From positions 96,001 to 160,000 of the forward strand of contig CAVTUQ010000034.1 of assembly GCA_963737905.1 (NCBI GenBank): DNA of 64,000 bases. Direction: 5' to 3'. Under the pieces are notes generated by a model, which did not search any database, was not told the origin of the DNA, and was given only the letters and a program-made list of their open reading frames with translations. The DNA is from an uncultured delta proteobacterium. GTDB taxonomy: Bacteria; Desulfobacterota; Binatia; UBA9968. The position numbers and the translations under genes were made by a program. Below are positions 51,496 through 62,211 of the stretch, in pieces; position 1 is the first letter of the stretch; every line of letters starts with the position of its first letter.

Positions 51496-52449
51496 TTGAC
51501 TCCTAGAGAGATATCTGCCGCGTCGAGCGTCATCTCCGTAAAATCCGTTTCAAAAAAATTCGGCGACCGCTTGGCCGTGGATAATTTGGATTTGGAGGTC
51601 CCAGCGCAAGTTTGTTTCGGCCTTTTGGGGCCTAACGGAGCGGGTAAGACAACGACCCTGCGCATGATCTACGGCGTCACCCGCGCAACCCGCGGTACGA
51701 TCCGAGTCTTCGGCATGGAGATTAATCAACATCTGCGCCTTGTCCGCTCCCGGCTTGGCGTGACCTTACAGCAAAACGTACTCATCGAAGCGCTTTCGCC
51801 GATAGAAAACTTGCGCGTCTTCGGCCGTTATCATCTCCTGCGCGAACCTGAACTTTCCCGGCGCGCGGCAGAGTTGATCGATTTTCTCGATTTACGTTCG
51901 CACGCCGACATTCCCGTGCGTCAACTTTCCGGCGGATTCCAACGCCGTCTTGCCATCGCCCTTTCGCTAATGAATCGGCCTGAACTTTTGATCTTGGATG
52001 AACCCACGACGGGGCTCGATCCGGCGGTGCGACTCGCCTTGTGGTCGCGCATTCGGGAGCTGCGCGCGGCTGGTACAACGGTACTGATCACCACCCACTA
52101 CATGGATGAGGCCCAGCGTCTCTGCGATCGTGTCGCAATCGTAGCCGCGGGCAGAGTCATTGAGGCCGGAGTACCGGCCGACCTTATTGCCGAAAGACTC
52201 GCGCCTGAAACGGTCGAATTTGATTGCACTCCACAGGAGGAAGCTGCTCTCCTGGACGGTTTCGTCCGGTCGGGCCGTCAGTTGCGAATAGGACAGCGGC
52301 TCATGCTATACGTCGACGACGCAACCCAGCTCATCGACAGGATTCGGCGCTATGACCAGGGCGACCGCCGCCCGATCATTGTTCGACCAACGAATTTGGA
52401 AGATGTTTTTCTCTCCCTAACCGGAGCGAGTCTTGAGGGGAACTCATGA
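51496..52449 (+). CDS. ABC-2 exporter ATP-binding protein (NodI/DrrA-like)
   Basis: GPNGAGKTT, LSGGFQRR, LDEPTTGLDP and TTHYMDEA. Confidence 0.9.
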   Translation: MTPREISAASSVISVKSVSKKFGDRLAVDNLDLEVPAQVCFGLLGPNGAGKTTTLRMIYGVTRATRGTIRVFGMEINQHLRLVRSRLGVTLQQNVLIEALSPIENLRVFGRYHLLREPELSRRAAELIDFLDLRSHADIPVRQLSGGFQRRLAIALSLMNRPELLILDEPTTGLDPAVRLALWSRIRELRAAGTTVLITTHYMDEAQRLCDRVAIVAAGRVIEAGVPADLIAERLAPETVEFDCTPQEEAALLDGFVRSGRQLRIGQRLMLYVDDATQLIDRIRRYDQGDRRPIIVRPTNLEDVFLSLTGASLEGNS

Positions 52450-53213
52450 GTCTTTCTGCCCCCTACGCGCTCGCTGTTTGGCGCCGCAACGCGGCCCTGT
52501 ACCGGCGTACTTGGAAATGGAATATTTTGCCAAATTTTTTCGAGCCGGTCTTTTATCTCTTTTCGATCGGCATCGGTGTGGGTGCCTATGTTTCCCAGAT
52601 GGGTGGGACGACTTACCTTGCGTTTCTGGCCCCGGGTCTGGTTTGTGTAGCAGCCATGAACGGCGCGAGTTTCGAGGTCACCTATAATATCTATGTCCGG
52701 CTTATTTTTGAAAAGGCCTACGACGCCATGATGACAACGCCCATCGAGCCGGACGATGTGCTGGCGGGCGAGGTCCTGTGGGCGATCACTCGTTCCTCTA
52801 TCTATGGAGGATGTTTTTTTGTGGTGCTCGCGCTCTTCGGTCTTGCGCCATTGCCGTCGTCTCTTTGGGTCTTATTAGTGATCCCAATGACCGGACTTCT
52901 TTTTGCCGCGATTGGACTGTTGTTTTCTTTACGTATTCCGAACATCGACCTCTTCAGTTTTTATTTTACGCTTTTTCTTACCCCGTTGTTCCTGTTTTCC
53001 GACGTGTTTTTCCCGCTTGAAGAACGCCTGACTCAACCGTGGTTATGGGTGGCGGAAGCGCTTCCATTGCTTCATTCGGTTCGGCTGGCCCGGTCCGCTT
53101 TTAACAACCAGTTTTCCCTGACAGTTTTGTGGGACCTGTTCTACACGTTGGGGGCGTCCGTGTTGCTGCTCTTCTGGGCGCGCCGCAGCATGCGCCAGCG
53201 GCTGACGACCTGA
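52446..53213 (+). CDS. ABC-2 permease (NodJ-like)
   Basis: VWRRN, FEPVFYL, YLAFLAPG and PLFLFSDVFFP. Confidence 0.88.
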   Translation: MSLSAPYALAVWRRNAALYRRTWKWNILPNFFEPVFYLFSIGIGVGAYVSQMGGTTYLAFLAPGLVCVAAMNGASFEVTYNIYVRLIFEKAYDAMMTTPIEPDDVLAGEVLWAITRSSIYGGCFFVVLALFGLAPLPSSLWVLLVIPMTGLLFAAIGLLFSLRIPNIDLFSFYFTLFLTPLFLFSDVFFPLEERLTQPWLWVAEALPLLHSVRLARSAFNNQFSLTVLWDLFYTLGASVLLLFWARRSMRQRLTT

Positions 53214-53297
53214 TACGGGACGCCAAAATCTGTTTTCCTCGTGGTCTCGGGCGTGCTCGACCGTGGGTCTTGCTTGACCTGAATCGATCCCGTTGAT

Positions 53298-54413
53298 ATG
53301 CCAGCAATCATGCTGATACTGAGCAACGAAGAAATCGAATCGTTTTTATCTATCAAGAACTGTATTGACGCGCTTGAGAAAGCCTACAAGAGCTGGGATA
53401 AGGGAACAGCGATCAACCGTCCGCGCACGGATTTGGTCCTGCCGTCGCCCAGTGAGTCTGGCGTTTATGCCTTCAAATCTATGGAGGCGGGGCTCGTCGA
53501 TCCGCCCATTGTCGCGATGCGCATCAATTCCGACATCATCCGGTGGCGACAGCAGGACGGCCGGGTTTTAAAGACCAAGATTCCTGCTGCTCCCGGGGAT
53601 AAATATGTCGGCCTGGTGATGCTGTTCTCGACGGAGAACGGCGAGCCGCTTGCGATCTTTCCCGATGGCGTGGTGCAAAGAATGCGGGTGGCCTCCAGCA
53701 GCGCCATAGCGGCTCGCTATCTGGCGCGCGAGGACGCGCGTACCTTGGCCCTCTTCGGTTCCGGCTGGCAGGCGGGGAGCCATCTTCCGGCCATGTGCGC
53801 GGTGCGAAACATAAAAAGAGTAAACGTCTACAGTCCCACGAAAAGCAATCGCGAAGCCTTCGCAAAAGAAATGCAACAAAAAGTTACGGCTGAGGTGCGG
53901 CCGGTGGAAAGTCCCGAGGAAGCCGTAGGGGATGCGGACATGATCGCAACCACAACGAATTCTCTAAGCAGAGTGGTCAACCCCGATTGGGTGCGGCCGG
54001 GTATGCACTTGACTTGTGTCCGGGTTCCAGAACTCGGCGATGAGACCATTCGCAAGGTGGACCGCTTGATCATCCACTCGCATAAGCATGCGCCGGAAAA
54101 CTACGTCGCCGGTTTCGGAGACGATGGCATACCCGCTCACGACGCCATCGACATCATCAAAAAAGGTCCGGGGGGAGCCGCCGGTTCACTTGTTGAGCAT
54201 CCCTTTTGGCTCGCCGCCCCTGAGCTTAGAGAGCTCGTCGCTGGAAAAGTTCCGGGTCGAGCGTCAGCGGAAGAGACCACCTGCTTTCTAAATAATTTAG
54301 GCATCGGTCTTCAATTCGCTGCAGTCGGCGCAGCCGTATTCTCCGAAGCAAAGCGCAGGGGAGCCGGGCACGAGATTCCCACCGATTGGTTTCTGGAAAC
54401 CGTGCATCCGTAA
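53298..54413 (+). CDS. Ornithine cyclodeaminase/mu-crystallin family protein
   Basis: RVASSSAIAARYLARED, FGSGWQA, YSPT and GIGLQFAA. Confidence 0.88.
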   Translation: MPAIMLILSNEEIESFLSIKNCIDALEKAYKSWDKGTAINRPRTDLVLPSPSESGVYAFKSMEAGLVDPPIVAMRINSDIIRWRQQDGRVLKTKIPAAPGDKYVGLVMLFSTENGEPLAIFPDGVVQRMRVASSSAIAARYLAREDARTLALFGSGWQAGSHLPAMCAVRNIKRVNVYSPTKSNREAFAKEMQQKVTAEVRPVESPEEAVGDADMIATTTNSLSRVVNPDWVRPGMHLTCVRVPELGDETIRKVDRLIIHSHKHAPENYVAGFGDDGIPAHDAIDIIKKGPGGAAGSLVEHPFWLAAPELRELVAGKVPGRASAEETTCFLNNLGIGLQFAAVGAAVFSEAKRRGAGHEIPTDWFLETVHP

Positions 54414-54452
54414 GATTTTCACTAAGATTGGAAGATTGTTTTCGAGGCAAAG

Positions 54453-55247
54453 TTGATCATGTCTGATTACGTTTTGTTCGAACAAAAAGAACACATCGCC
54501 TACGTCACGCTCAACCGTCCGGAGCGTATGAATGCGTTGGGACAGGATGTGCGCAACGGACTCATCGATGCATTCATGAAAGTTCGTTCTGAGCCATCTA
54601 TAAGGGTAGCCATTGTTACCGGCGCAGGTGACAAGGCGTTCTCGGCCGGCGCGGATCTCAAGGAGCACAAGGAGCTGAATGCCAAAAAATCCTATCGTGT
54701 GGGGCCGGATTACGGCGCCCTGGACGAGCCACCCCACTCCAGTACGATTGTGATTGAAACCTATAAGCCGGTCATAGCAGCGGTCAACGGTTATGCTCTG
54801 GCCGGCGGATGCGAGCTGGCGCTGGCGTGCGATATCCGGATCGCCTCGGAGAACGCCACGTTCGGGTTGCCCGAAGCCAAACGCGGGCGCGGGGCAAATT
54901 TCGCTACTGTCATGCTCCAACATCTTATACCCAGAGCCATCGCGATGCAGATGCTTTTCACCGGTGACCCAATTACGGCTCAAGAAGCTTTGCGATTCGG
55001 ATTGGTCAACCAGGTCGTCGCATTGCCGGAGCTGTTACCGGCGGCAACGGCGTTGGCTGAAAAAATAGCCAAAAACGCGCCAGTTTCGCTGCGCCGGATC
55101 AAAGAGCTTTCGGTGAAATCAATCGGGTCGCCGCTTTTCTTTGCGTTGAAAATGGCGCCGGGACCGAGTCCCTATGAGAGTCAAGACGCGCGAGAAGGGG
55201 CGGCCGCCTTCACGGAGAAACGCTCGGCGTCTTGGAAGGGTGATTAG
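54453..55247 (+). CDS. Enoyl-CoA hydratase/isomerase (crotonase)
   Basis: LNRPERMNAL, FSAGADL, AVNGYALAGGCEL and FGLPE. Confidence 0.92.
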   Translation: MIMSDYVLFEQKEHIAYVTLNRPERMNALGQDVRNGLIDAFMKVRSEPSIRVAIVTGAGDKAFSAGADLKEHKELNAKKSYRVGPDYGALDEPPHSSTIVIETYKPVIAAVNGYALAGGCELALACDIRIASENATFGLPEAKRGRGANFATVMLQHLIPRAIAMQMLFTGDPITAQEALRFGLVNQVVALPELLPAATALAEKIAKNAPVSLRRIKELSVKSIGSPLFFALKMAPGPSPYESQDAREGAAAFTEKRSASWKGD

Positions 55248-55296
55248 ACGCCGGTCAGCCGGATAGGGTTTTTTGCACACATTTTAGGGAGACCCC

Positions 55297-56469
55297 ATGA
55301 GCAATTATCCAAAAGTCATAATGACCGAAGAAGGAATGCGTGACGGCCTGCAGATCGAACGTCCGGATATTGCGGTGGCCGACAAGATCCGGCTGCTGGA
55401 TGCGCTATCGGAAACGGGCTTGAAAGAAATCGCGGTGGGTTCCTTCGTAAGTCCCAGATGGGTGCCGCAAATGGCATGCATCGACGAGTTAGTGAAGGGA
55501 TTCCATCCCAGGCCCGGTGTTACCTATACCGCCACCGCTCTCAACGAGATGGGAAGGGAAAGGCTGCGGCAATATGCTCCGCCGCTCTCGGATGAAAAAT
55601 ACCAGGCGCAAACCGCCGTGTATCTCTGCGACGTTTTCGCGCAGCGCAATATCAATCGAACCATCGCGCAACAGATGGCACGCTGGCCCAAAGCCATTGA
55701 GGAGGCAAAAGCCAAGGGTGCGAAAGCGGCGGGTATCGGCATCAGCGCTTCGTGGGGATCCAACTGGACCGGCGAGGTGACTCAAGCCGACCGCATGACG
55801 ATGCTCGAACGGCAGTATCGGCTGTGGGAAGAGGCCGGGATTCCTGTCACCAAAGTGGGCATTTCCGATCCCATGGGATGGAACATGCCCGATCAGGTGG
55901 AACGGCAATTGGTGGCGATCAAGGAACGCTGGCCGTCGATTAAGAGCTTCAACCTTCATCTGCACAACACGCGCGGTATGGCGCTGACATCGTCCTATGT
56001 TTCTCTGAAGTCTTTGGAGGCCACTGATACCTTGCTCCTGCAACCGGCCATCGGCGGCATGGGTGGCTGTCCATTTTGCGGTAACGGGCGATCCGCGGGT
56101 CTGGCTCCGACGGAGGATCTGATTCACATGCTCGAAGAGATGGGAATCCAAACGGGCGTGGATCTTTACAATCTCATCGAATGCGTCTGGATGGCGGAAG
56201 AGATGGTGGGTCATCCGCTCTGGGGCCACGTTTCCAAGAGCGGACCTAGGCCGAATGGCAAAAAACTCTACGCTATGGATATGCCCTTCGTCGAGACTCT
56301 GGAGCATGCCCGACACTTCATCAAAGGACCGGCAGCCTATCAAGGCGCTCCCTCCCCGTGGAAAGAAGCGATCAAGAGCCCGCAACGTCCCGAGACGATG
56401 AGCTCCAACGGAGATTCACAATCCAGCCGCAATCCCGACGAAGCTACCGCGCGATGGTTGCCCTCGTAA
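55297..56469 (+). CDS. HMG-CoA lyase-like / citramalyl-CoA lyase-like DRE-TIM enzyme
   Basis: RDGLQ, SFVSPRWVPQMA, HLHNTRG, GGMGGCP and TEDL. Confidence 0.85.
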   Translation: MSNYPKVIMTEEGMRDGLQIERPDIAVADKIRLLDALSETGLKEIAVGSFVSPRWVPQMACIDELVKGFHPRPGVTYTATALNEMGRERLRQYAPPLSDEKYQAQTAVYLCDVFAQRNINRTIAQQMARWPKAIEEAKAKGAKAAGIGISASWGSNWTGEVTQADRMTMLERQYRLWEEAGIPVTKVGISDPMGWNMPDQVERQLVAIKERWPSIKSFNLHLHNTRGMALTSSYVSLKSLEATDTLLLQPAIGGMGGCPFCGNGRSAGLAPTEDLIHMLEEMGIQTGVDLYNLIECVWMAEEMVGHPLWGHVSKSGPRPNGKKLYAMDMPFVETLEHARHFIKGPAAYQGAPSPWKEAIKSPQRPETMSSNGDSQSSRNPDEATARWLPS

Positions 56470-56538
56470 CCGTCTCGCAACTGTGACGACGCGCGTTCCC
56501 GTGCCGTCATCGCTAAAAAACAGCGGAGGAAAGTTATC

Positions 56539-58620
56539 GTGCCCGACCCGCGCGTTCGTCTGCTCTTCGAGCCCGATTCTATTGCCATCGTCGGAGCCTC
56601 TTCGGATCCATCGAAGGCATCGGGATTGCCTCTACGCAATCTCCTGAATTCCAAGTTCAGCGGAAGGATTTATCCGGTCAATCCGAGAGCCACTGAGATC
56701 AACGGTATCCCTTCCTACCCCTCTGTTGCGGAACTACCGGAGACGCCTGACGTGGCGGTGCTGATGGTGGATGCGCGTCTATCGCCTCAAGTCTTGGAAG
56801 AATGTGGTCGCAAAGGTGTTAAAGCCGCCGTCATCGGCTCCGCCGGCTTCGCCGAATCCGGTGCCGAAGGTCAGGAACGCCAGGCGCAATTAAACGCCAT
56901 CGCACAGCAATATGAGATCCGGGTTTGCGGGCCCAACTGCCACGGCACGTTCAACGTCATCAAAAGGATTCCCGTTGGCTACGATCATTCGTTCTCGTTG
57001 CCGCTCAAGCCCGGTCCGGTCGCGATTGCGTCTCACAGCGGCGCGCTCCTTGGAGTCTTAGGCCATCGCGCCGTGCAGGCGAATCAGGGCCTCAGTTATC
57101 TAGTGAGCAATGGCAACGAGATGGATTTGGACTTGTGCGATTTCGTGGAATTCTTTCTTGAAGACGAAACCACCAAAGTCGCTGCCGTCCTCATGGAAGG
57201 ACTTAAGAACGGGCCGCGGTTTCTCGATCTCGCGCGTCGCTCTCACGAACTGAAGAAGACCATCGTTGTGCTCAAGGTGGGTAAATCCGAGCGCGGTGCG
57301 ATTACGACCCTGGCGCACACGGCGAGAATGGCCGGCGCCGGCGAAGTTTATGAAGCCGCCTTTCGCCAGTTCGGGATCATATCCACAGATTCGATGGAAA
57401 CATTTTTGGGGATGGCTCAACTCGCCGCCCATCAACCCGTTCCTCGCGGCGGTCGCATGTTGGTCATGACTTCGAGCGGGGCGGGGGCGAGCCTGATGGC
57501 CGATAAGGCCAGCGAATACGGTCTCGATCTCGCCGATATTTCCGAGGAGGCCAAGACCCGCATCCCCGAGCGGCGCAGTGCGATCCTGACCAATCCTTTC
57601 GACACCGCGGGTGCATCGAGAAGCCCTGGTTTTCTTGCTGCCGTGTGCGACGCCTTCGCGGCCGATACCGCCAACGATTGTCTCCTGATGTTCACCGGAC
57701 CGTTGGCAGTGCGCCAGGAGTACGCCCGAAATTTTTCTGCGGCGTCTGAGAAGTTCGGCAAGACGGCTGCGGCAATTATCAATCTCTCCGAGCCGGACAT
57801 GCGCGATATTTTCCAACAGCATCATATTCCCGTCTTTGACGGGGCAACGGATGCCTGCTTCAGGGTGCTGCGAGGCTACATCGATCATGGCCGATTCTTG
57901 AGGGAGCGCGGATTTAAGCCCGGGGAGAGAGACAGCGGTGCGGGGCCGAGAGCCACTGCGGAAGCGATTCTCAGAGCTCATCCGGATGTCTCCATGTTGC
58001 CTCACTCGGCGACTGTCGAGTTGTTGAAGCAGTACGGCTTTCAATGCACGGAGTATCGCCTCGCTGCAAATTACGAGGAGGCGCGATACGCAGCCGGAAA
58101 GCTCGGCTTTCCGATTATTCTCAAAGGTATGGTTGCCGGTGTCGCGCATAGGAGTGATCTGGGTTTGGTGAGCCACAGGATTTCCAGCGAGGAAGAGCTT
58201 CGGCCGGAATACACTGCCCTTGAAGCCAAGGCCCGTGAAATCGCGAAAGGCACCGTGGCCATCAACATCGAGAAATATTTTGCCCACGACGTCGAAGTGA
58301 TTCTCGGCGTAAAATACGATGCCGCCTTTGGGCCGGTAATTCTTTGCGGCCTCGGTGGCGTCTTTACCGAAATTCTTAAAGACTATGCGCTCCGGCTTGC
58401 GCCGCTGAGCCTGGAGGATGCCAGGGATTTGGTAGGTTCGCTCAGGGCCTTCCCGATCTTGGAAAAGGCGGCTGCACTCGACTCCCTGACCGACGCCCTT
58501 TTACGGTTATCCGATCTCGCGGTGGAGCTCAATGGCAAGATTGCCGCCGTGGACATTAACCCCATTGGTTTGGGATCAAATTCGGCCGCGTTAGTATTGG
58601 ATGCCAAGATCCACATGTAG
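56539..58620 (+). CDS. ADP-forming acyl-CoA synthetase (alpha+beta fusion)
   Basis: PDSIAIVGAS, GPNC, SHSG, AHT phospho-His loop and an ATP-grasp domain (FGPVILCGLGG, DINP). Confidence 0.9.
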   Translation: MPDPRVRLLFEPDSIAIVGASSDPSKASGLPLRNLLNSKFSGRIYPVNPRATEINGIPSYPSVAELPETPDVAVLMVDARLSPQVLEECGRKGVKAAVIGSAGFAESGAEGQERQAQLNAIAQQYEIRVCGPNCHGTFNVIKRIPVGYDHSFSLPLKPGPVAIASHSGALLGVLGHRAVQANQGLSYLVSNGNEMDLDLCDFVEFFLEDETTKVAAVLMEGLKNGPRFLDLARRSHELKKTIVVLKVGKSERGAITTLAHTARMAGAGEVYEAAFRQFGIISTDSMETFLGMAQLAAHQPVPRGGRMLVMTSSGAGASLMADKASEYGLDLADISEEAKTRIPERRSAILTNPFDTAGASRSPGFLAAVCDAFAADTANDCLLMFTGPLAVRQEYARNFSAASEKFGKTAAAIINLSEPDMRDIFQQHHIPVFDGATDACFRVLRGYIDHGRFLRERGFKPGERDSGAGPRATAEAILRAHPDVSMLPHSATVELLKQYGFQCTEYRLAANYEEARYAAGKLGFPIILKGMVAGVAHRSDLGLVSHRISSEEELRPEYTALEAKAREIAKGTVAINIEKYFAHDVEVILGVKYDAAFGPVILCGLGGVFTEILKDYALRLAPLSLEDARDLVGSLRAFPILEKAAALDSLTDALLRLSDLAVELNGKIAAVDINPIGLGSNSAALVLDAKIHM

Positions 58621-58642
58621 GAACAGAATTGGAGAGTCGCTT

Positions 58643-59695
58643 ATGGGAAAAGTCTTGAAGAGAAGGATTTACGTGGCGATCCTCGCCGCCGTCGAGATCG
58701 TCTTTATCGCCGCACCCGGAGCGCAGGGGCAGCCGGACTTCAAAGGCAAAGCGGTCAAAATCATTGTCGGCACCAGTACGGGGGGAGGAGTCGATCTGTG
58801 GACCCGCCTGATTGCCCAGTATTTGCCAAAGCACTTGCCCGGTGAGCCCGCGGTCATCGTACAAAATATGCCCGGCGGGAGCTCTGTCGTGGCCGCGAAC
58901 TATATCTACAATGTAGCGAAACCTGACGGTTTTACGTTGGGAGCACTCCAGGCCGGAGTCTATTTTGATCAGATCCTGGGCCGGGATTCCGTGAAATTCG
59001 ACTGGTCTAAATTTACCTGGATCGGTTCACCGGAGAGACTCGAGGCTCAACTCTACATGAGGACGAACAGTCCGTATAAAACGCTTGAAGATGTTCGCCA
59101 AGCGGCCGAGCCCCCGCGATGCGGCGGAGCGGGAACCGGCGCCACCGGCTATTACGTCCCAAAGCTTCTCGGAGAAACCGTGGGCCTCAAGTTCAAGACC
59201 GTGACCGGATATCAAAGCGGCGCCGAAATCGATCTGGCGGTGGAGCGCGGCGAACTGCACTGCCGGGCCTTCGATCTCGGCAGCTTTATCGCCCGGGAGC
59301 CGACTCGCACTTGGTATAGGACCGGGGTGGTTAAAAGTTTGATCCAGACGGGTCGGAAACGGGATCATCGGTTGCCTGAAGTTCCGACCTTGTATGAGCT
59401 TATGGACCAGTACAGGACTTCCGAACCGAACCGGCGCATGGCGACGGTAATTCTCGCTGCCGGCGGCTTTGGCCGACCGATGGTGGCGCCGCCGGGGCTG
59501 TCTCTGGATCTCGCCCGCGCGCTGCGCGACGCCTATGCAAAGACGATGAAAGACCCGGATTTTGTCGGCGAGGTAAAAAAGAGACAGTACGATTTGGATC
59601 CCGTTTCCGCCGAAGAAATGCAGAACATGGCGCGGGAAGTGGTTGATCAACCAGCGGATATCGTTGACCGGGTCAGGAAGCTTTTAGAGAACTGA
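58643..59695 (+). CDS. TctC/Bug-family tripartite tricarboxylate substrate-binding protein
   Basis: FKGKAVKIIVG..GGGVD, VQNMPGG, KPDGFT and AVERGE. Confidence 0.88.
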   Translation: MGKVLKRRIYVAILAAVEIVFIAAPGAQGQPDFKGKAVKIIVGTSTGGGVDLWTRLIAQYLPKHLPGEPAVIVQNMPGGSSVVAANYIYNVAKPDGFTLGALQAGVYFDQILGRDSVKFDWSKFTWIGSPERLEAQLYMRTNSPYKTLEDVRQAAEPPRCGGAGTGATGYYVPKLLGETVGLKFKTVTGYQSGAEIDLAVERGELHCRAFDLGSFIAREPTRTWYRTGVVKSLIQTGRKRDHRLPEVPTLYELMDQYRTSEPNRRMATVILAAGGFGRPMVAPPGLSLDLARALRDAYAKTMKDPDFVGEVKKRQYDLDPVSAEEMQNMAREVVDQPADIVDRVRKLLEN

Positions 59696-59843
59696 CTCAC
59701 AACGCTCCAAGGTCTCAGGAAAGAAAAGTTCCTCTAGGTCCGGTGGCTTTTCGAAGGATTCAAGCCGATCGCAAGAGGTAAATTCATAGCTTCGCTCACA
59801 CCTCCATCGCGTAGGCTGCCCCGAGCGGTAGTGTTTGCTTTTT

Positions 59844-60770
59844 TTAGCGAGAGCGAAACGTTTCAACAAGTTTTCGCCGAACGAGCGCTTCACCTCCGGG
59901 CAAGAGATCGAATTTCGTTGTGTTATCGGTTTTTAGCAGGATGACTCGACCTTCTGCATCTTGATGCATCGAAAGCAAAATCTGCCGTAAGCGGTCCTTA
60001 ACTTTCGGGTCCAAAGCTTTGCGCACCGAGACGAGGTGGCGAGGAAACGGGTCGGTTTGCGCCAAAATCCTGACCTCCGCTTTTCTCTTCTCATCGAGCC
60101 CGCCGTAATCGTCATCGCTAAACGCTCCAGCGGCCACCCGGTTTGAAAGAACTAGATTTACAATATTGACAGCCGAAGAGGCAAAGATGTAGCCGATCTC
60201 TTTCGCACCAACCTTCGCGTCGGGTTGGGGTTTTTCCGTAAGCGTCAATCCTTTTTTTAGGAGCAAGACTTTCGGTAGAAAGTAGCCCGAAGTCGATCCG
60301 GGGTCCTCAAAAGCTATCATCTTGCCGCGTAGCTGTTCCAGGCGACTGATCTCGCCTCCGCGGTTGGTAAAAATCAGGCTTCGATATTCAGCCAGGCCGC
60401 TTTTCCAACGACGGAGGAGGACCGCCGCCGCCCCTTGCTTATTGATGAGGTAAGTTGGATAGGGGCTCTCCATGTAAAAATCGATTTTCTTCTCTTCCAA
60501 CGGCTTCACCATCTGTAAAGGCGTCGAGACGATGATCACCTTTCCCTCGATGGCAGGCGTGGAACCAAGTCTCTGAGCCACGTAACGGACAAAGCTTCGA
60601 AAATGCTCTTCGATCTCTTTCTGAGATGTTTGGGAGACAAGGCCTAAAGTGATGGATTTAGCTTGGAGCCGCCCCGGTGCTTCACCAGCCGTGGCCGCGC
60701 CGTGGATAAGGCTCACCAGTAAGATGACGAGCCGAAAGGCGAGGGAGATGTCATGCCGTGGTCTCTTCAT
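59844..60770 (-). CDS. PhnD-like phosphate/phosphite/phosphonate-binding protein, stand-alone
   Basis: Signal peptide, YRSLIF and STSGYFLP motifs. Confidence 0.82.
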   Translation of the reverse strand: MKRPRHDISLAFRLVILLVSLIHGAATAGEAPGRLQAKSITLGLVSQTSQKEIEEHFRSFVRYVAQRLGSTPAIEGKVIIVSTPLQMVKPLEEKKIDFYMESPYPTYLINKQGAAAVLLRRWKSGLAEYRSLIFTNRGGEISRLEQLRGKMIAFEDPGSTSGYFLPKVLLLKKGLTLTEKPQPDAKVGAKEIGYIFASSAVNIVNLVLSNRVAAGAFSDDDYGGLDEKRKAEVRILAQTDPFPRHLVSVRKALDPKVKDRLRQILLSMHQDAEGRVILLKTDNTTKFDLLPGGEALVRRKLVETFRSR

Positions 60771-60888
60771 TCTTCATTGCCCTATCGTTACGGTCAAAAT
60801 TAACCAAAGGAGATAACGATAAACGTCGACACGCCCCGGCTACGTATATAAAAACCATTGAACCCGCGCAAGAAAAGAAAATCACCCC

Positions 60889-62052
60889 TCAACGGTGCGC
60901 CCGTATGAGGTTTTGCCCCAGACGCCAGCGCAGCACTTCGTTAGCGCCTTCAGTGATGCGCGTACTGCGAATCTGGCGATACCACCATTCGAGCGGCAAC
61001 TCCTTCATCAATCCCAAGCCGCCGTGAACCTGGATCGCTCGATCGATGACGCGGCTCGCCATCTCGGTCGCCATGATCTTGACCATATAAGAAAGATCGC
61101 GCACGTCGTCGCCGTGATCCTGGCGCCAGGCGCATTCGTAGACCATTAGACGTGTCGCATGCAGCTCCATTGCCGAATCCGCGACCATAAACTGGATCGC
61201 CTGGCGATCCGCCAGCGGTCGGCCAAAGGTGACACGGACTTTCGAGTATTCGATCATCATATCCAGCGCGCGCTGGGCGATGCCCACCGGACGTGCGCCG
61301 TGCCCTCGGATCCGTCCTTCGCTAATCCACTTCTGGGCCAGAGAAAAACCGCCGCCGACATTGCCGATGACATTAGCCACGGGGACGCAGACGTTTTCGA
61401 AGAGAATCTGCCAGGGTGCTTCACCCATCATCGTCGGCCACTGCCGTTCGAGGGTGACGCCCGGGCTCTTGAGATCGACAGCAAAGCAGGTGATGCCGCC
61501 ACGGGCACGTTTCTCCGGATCGGTCAGGGCCATCAACTGGACATAATCGGAACGCCCCGCCGCGGTAATGAAGCGTTTAGTGCCGTTGATGATGAATGCA
61601 TCGCCGTCTTGCACCGCGCGCGTGCGCATGGCCGCTGGGTCGCTGCCGGCGTCGGGTTCGGTCTGTGCGAAGCAAAAGCGAACCTCACCACGCAATACCG
61701 GCTTTAGAAAACGTTCCTTCTGCTCTTCATTGCAGTGAAACAATACGGGTCTTACTTCCGGACCAAACAATTCCAAGCCTCGAAAGGGCAAGGAGGCAGC
61801 GCGTGCGATCTCCTCATGAATGATGCAACGCGGCAGCAGGCCAAGACCGGCGCCGCCGTACTCCGCCGGAACATCGAGCATCCAGAGCCCCATGCTCTTG
61901 GCTTTTTCTTGCAGCGGCTTCAGCAGCCGCTCCGGCATGGCCCCTTCGCTATCGTGCCGGTACTCGCGCTCCAGCGGAATCAGTTCCTTATCCACGAACC
62001 GCCGCACCGTATCTCTCAGTATTTGAAGCTCCTCGGGCAAATTAAAGTCCAT
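60889..62052 (-). CDS. Acyl-CoA dehydrogenase
   Basis: MDFNLPEE, PAEYGGAG, FAQTEPDAGSD, NGTKRFIT, QVHGG and ITEGANE. Confidence 0.92.
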   Translation of the reverse strand: MDFNLPEELQILRDTVRRFVDKELIPLEREYRHDSEGAMPERLLKPLQEKAKSMGLWMLDVPAEYGGAGLGLLPRCIIHEEIARAASLPFRGLELFGPEVRPVLFHCNEEQKERFLKPVLRGEVRFCFAQTEPDAGSDPAAMRTRAVQDGDAFIINGTKRFITAAGRSDYVQLMALTDPEKRARGGITCFAVDLKSPGVTLERQWPTMMGEAPWQILFENVCVPVANVIGNVGGGFSLAQKWISEGRIRGHGARPVGIAQRALDMMIEYSKVRVTFGRPLADRQAIQFMVADSAMELHATRLMVYECAWRQDHGDDVRDLSYMVKIMATEMASRVIDRAIQVHGGLGLMKELPLEWWYRQIRSTRITEGANEVLRWRLGQNLIRAHR

Positions 62053-62211
62053 CTCGCTCCACTGCGCTCCTCTCGAGGTTCGCGATTTTGGATTAGACCA
62101 GAATCGCAGGCGACAAGTGAAAGCTAGTCGAAGTGTGTTCTCTGAGTCAAGAAGAAAACTAAAGAGCGTTAGCAGGAATCGGCCGGAAATTCGCAGCAAG
62201 ATGTATAGACG

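Noticed and set aside
51496-53213. Nodulation genes nodIJ
   Set aside because: Generic ABC-2 exporter family with no nodABC nearby.
57100-58287. Long antisense ORFs (also 6399..7304, 31975..32961, 44640..45584, 55489..56385)
   Set aside because: They shadow well-supported genes on the opposite strand in GC-rich DNA and have no motifs.
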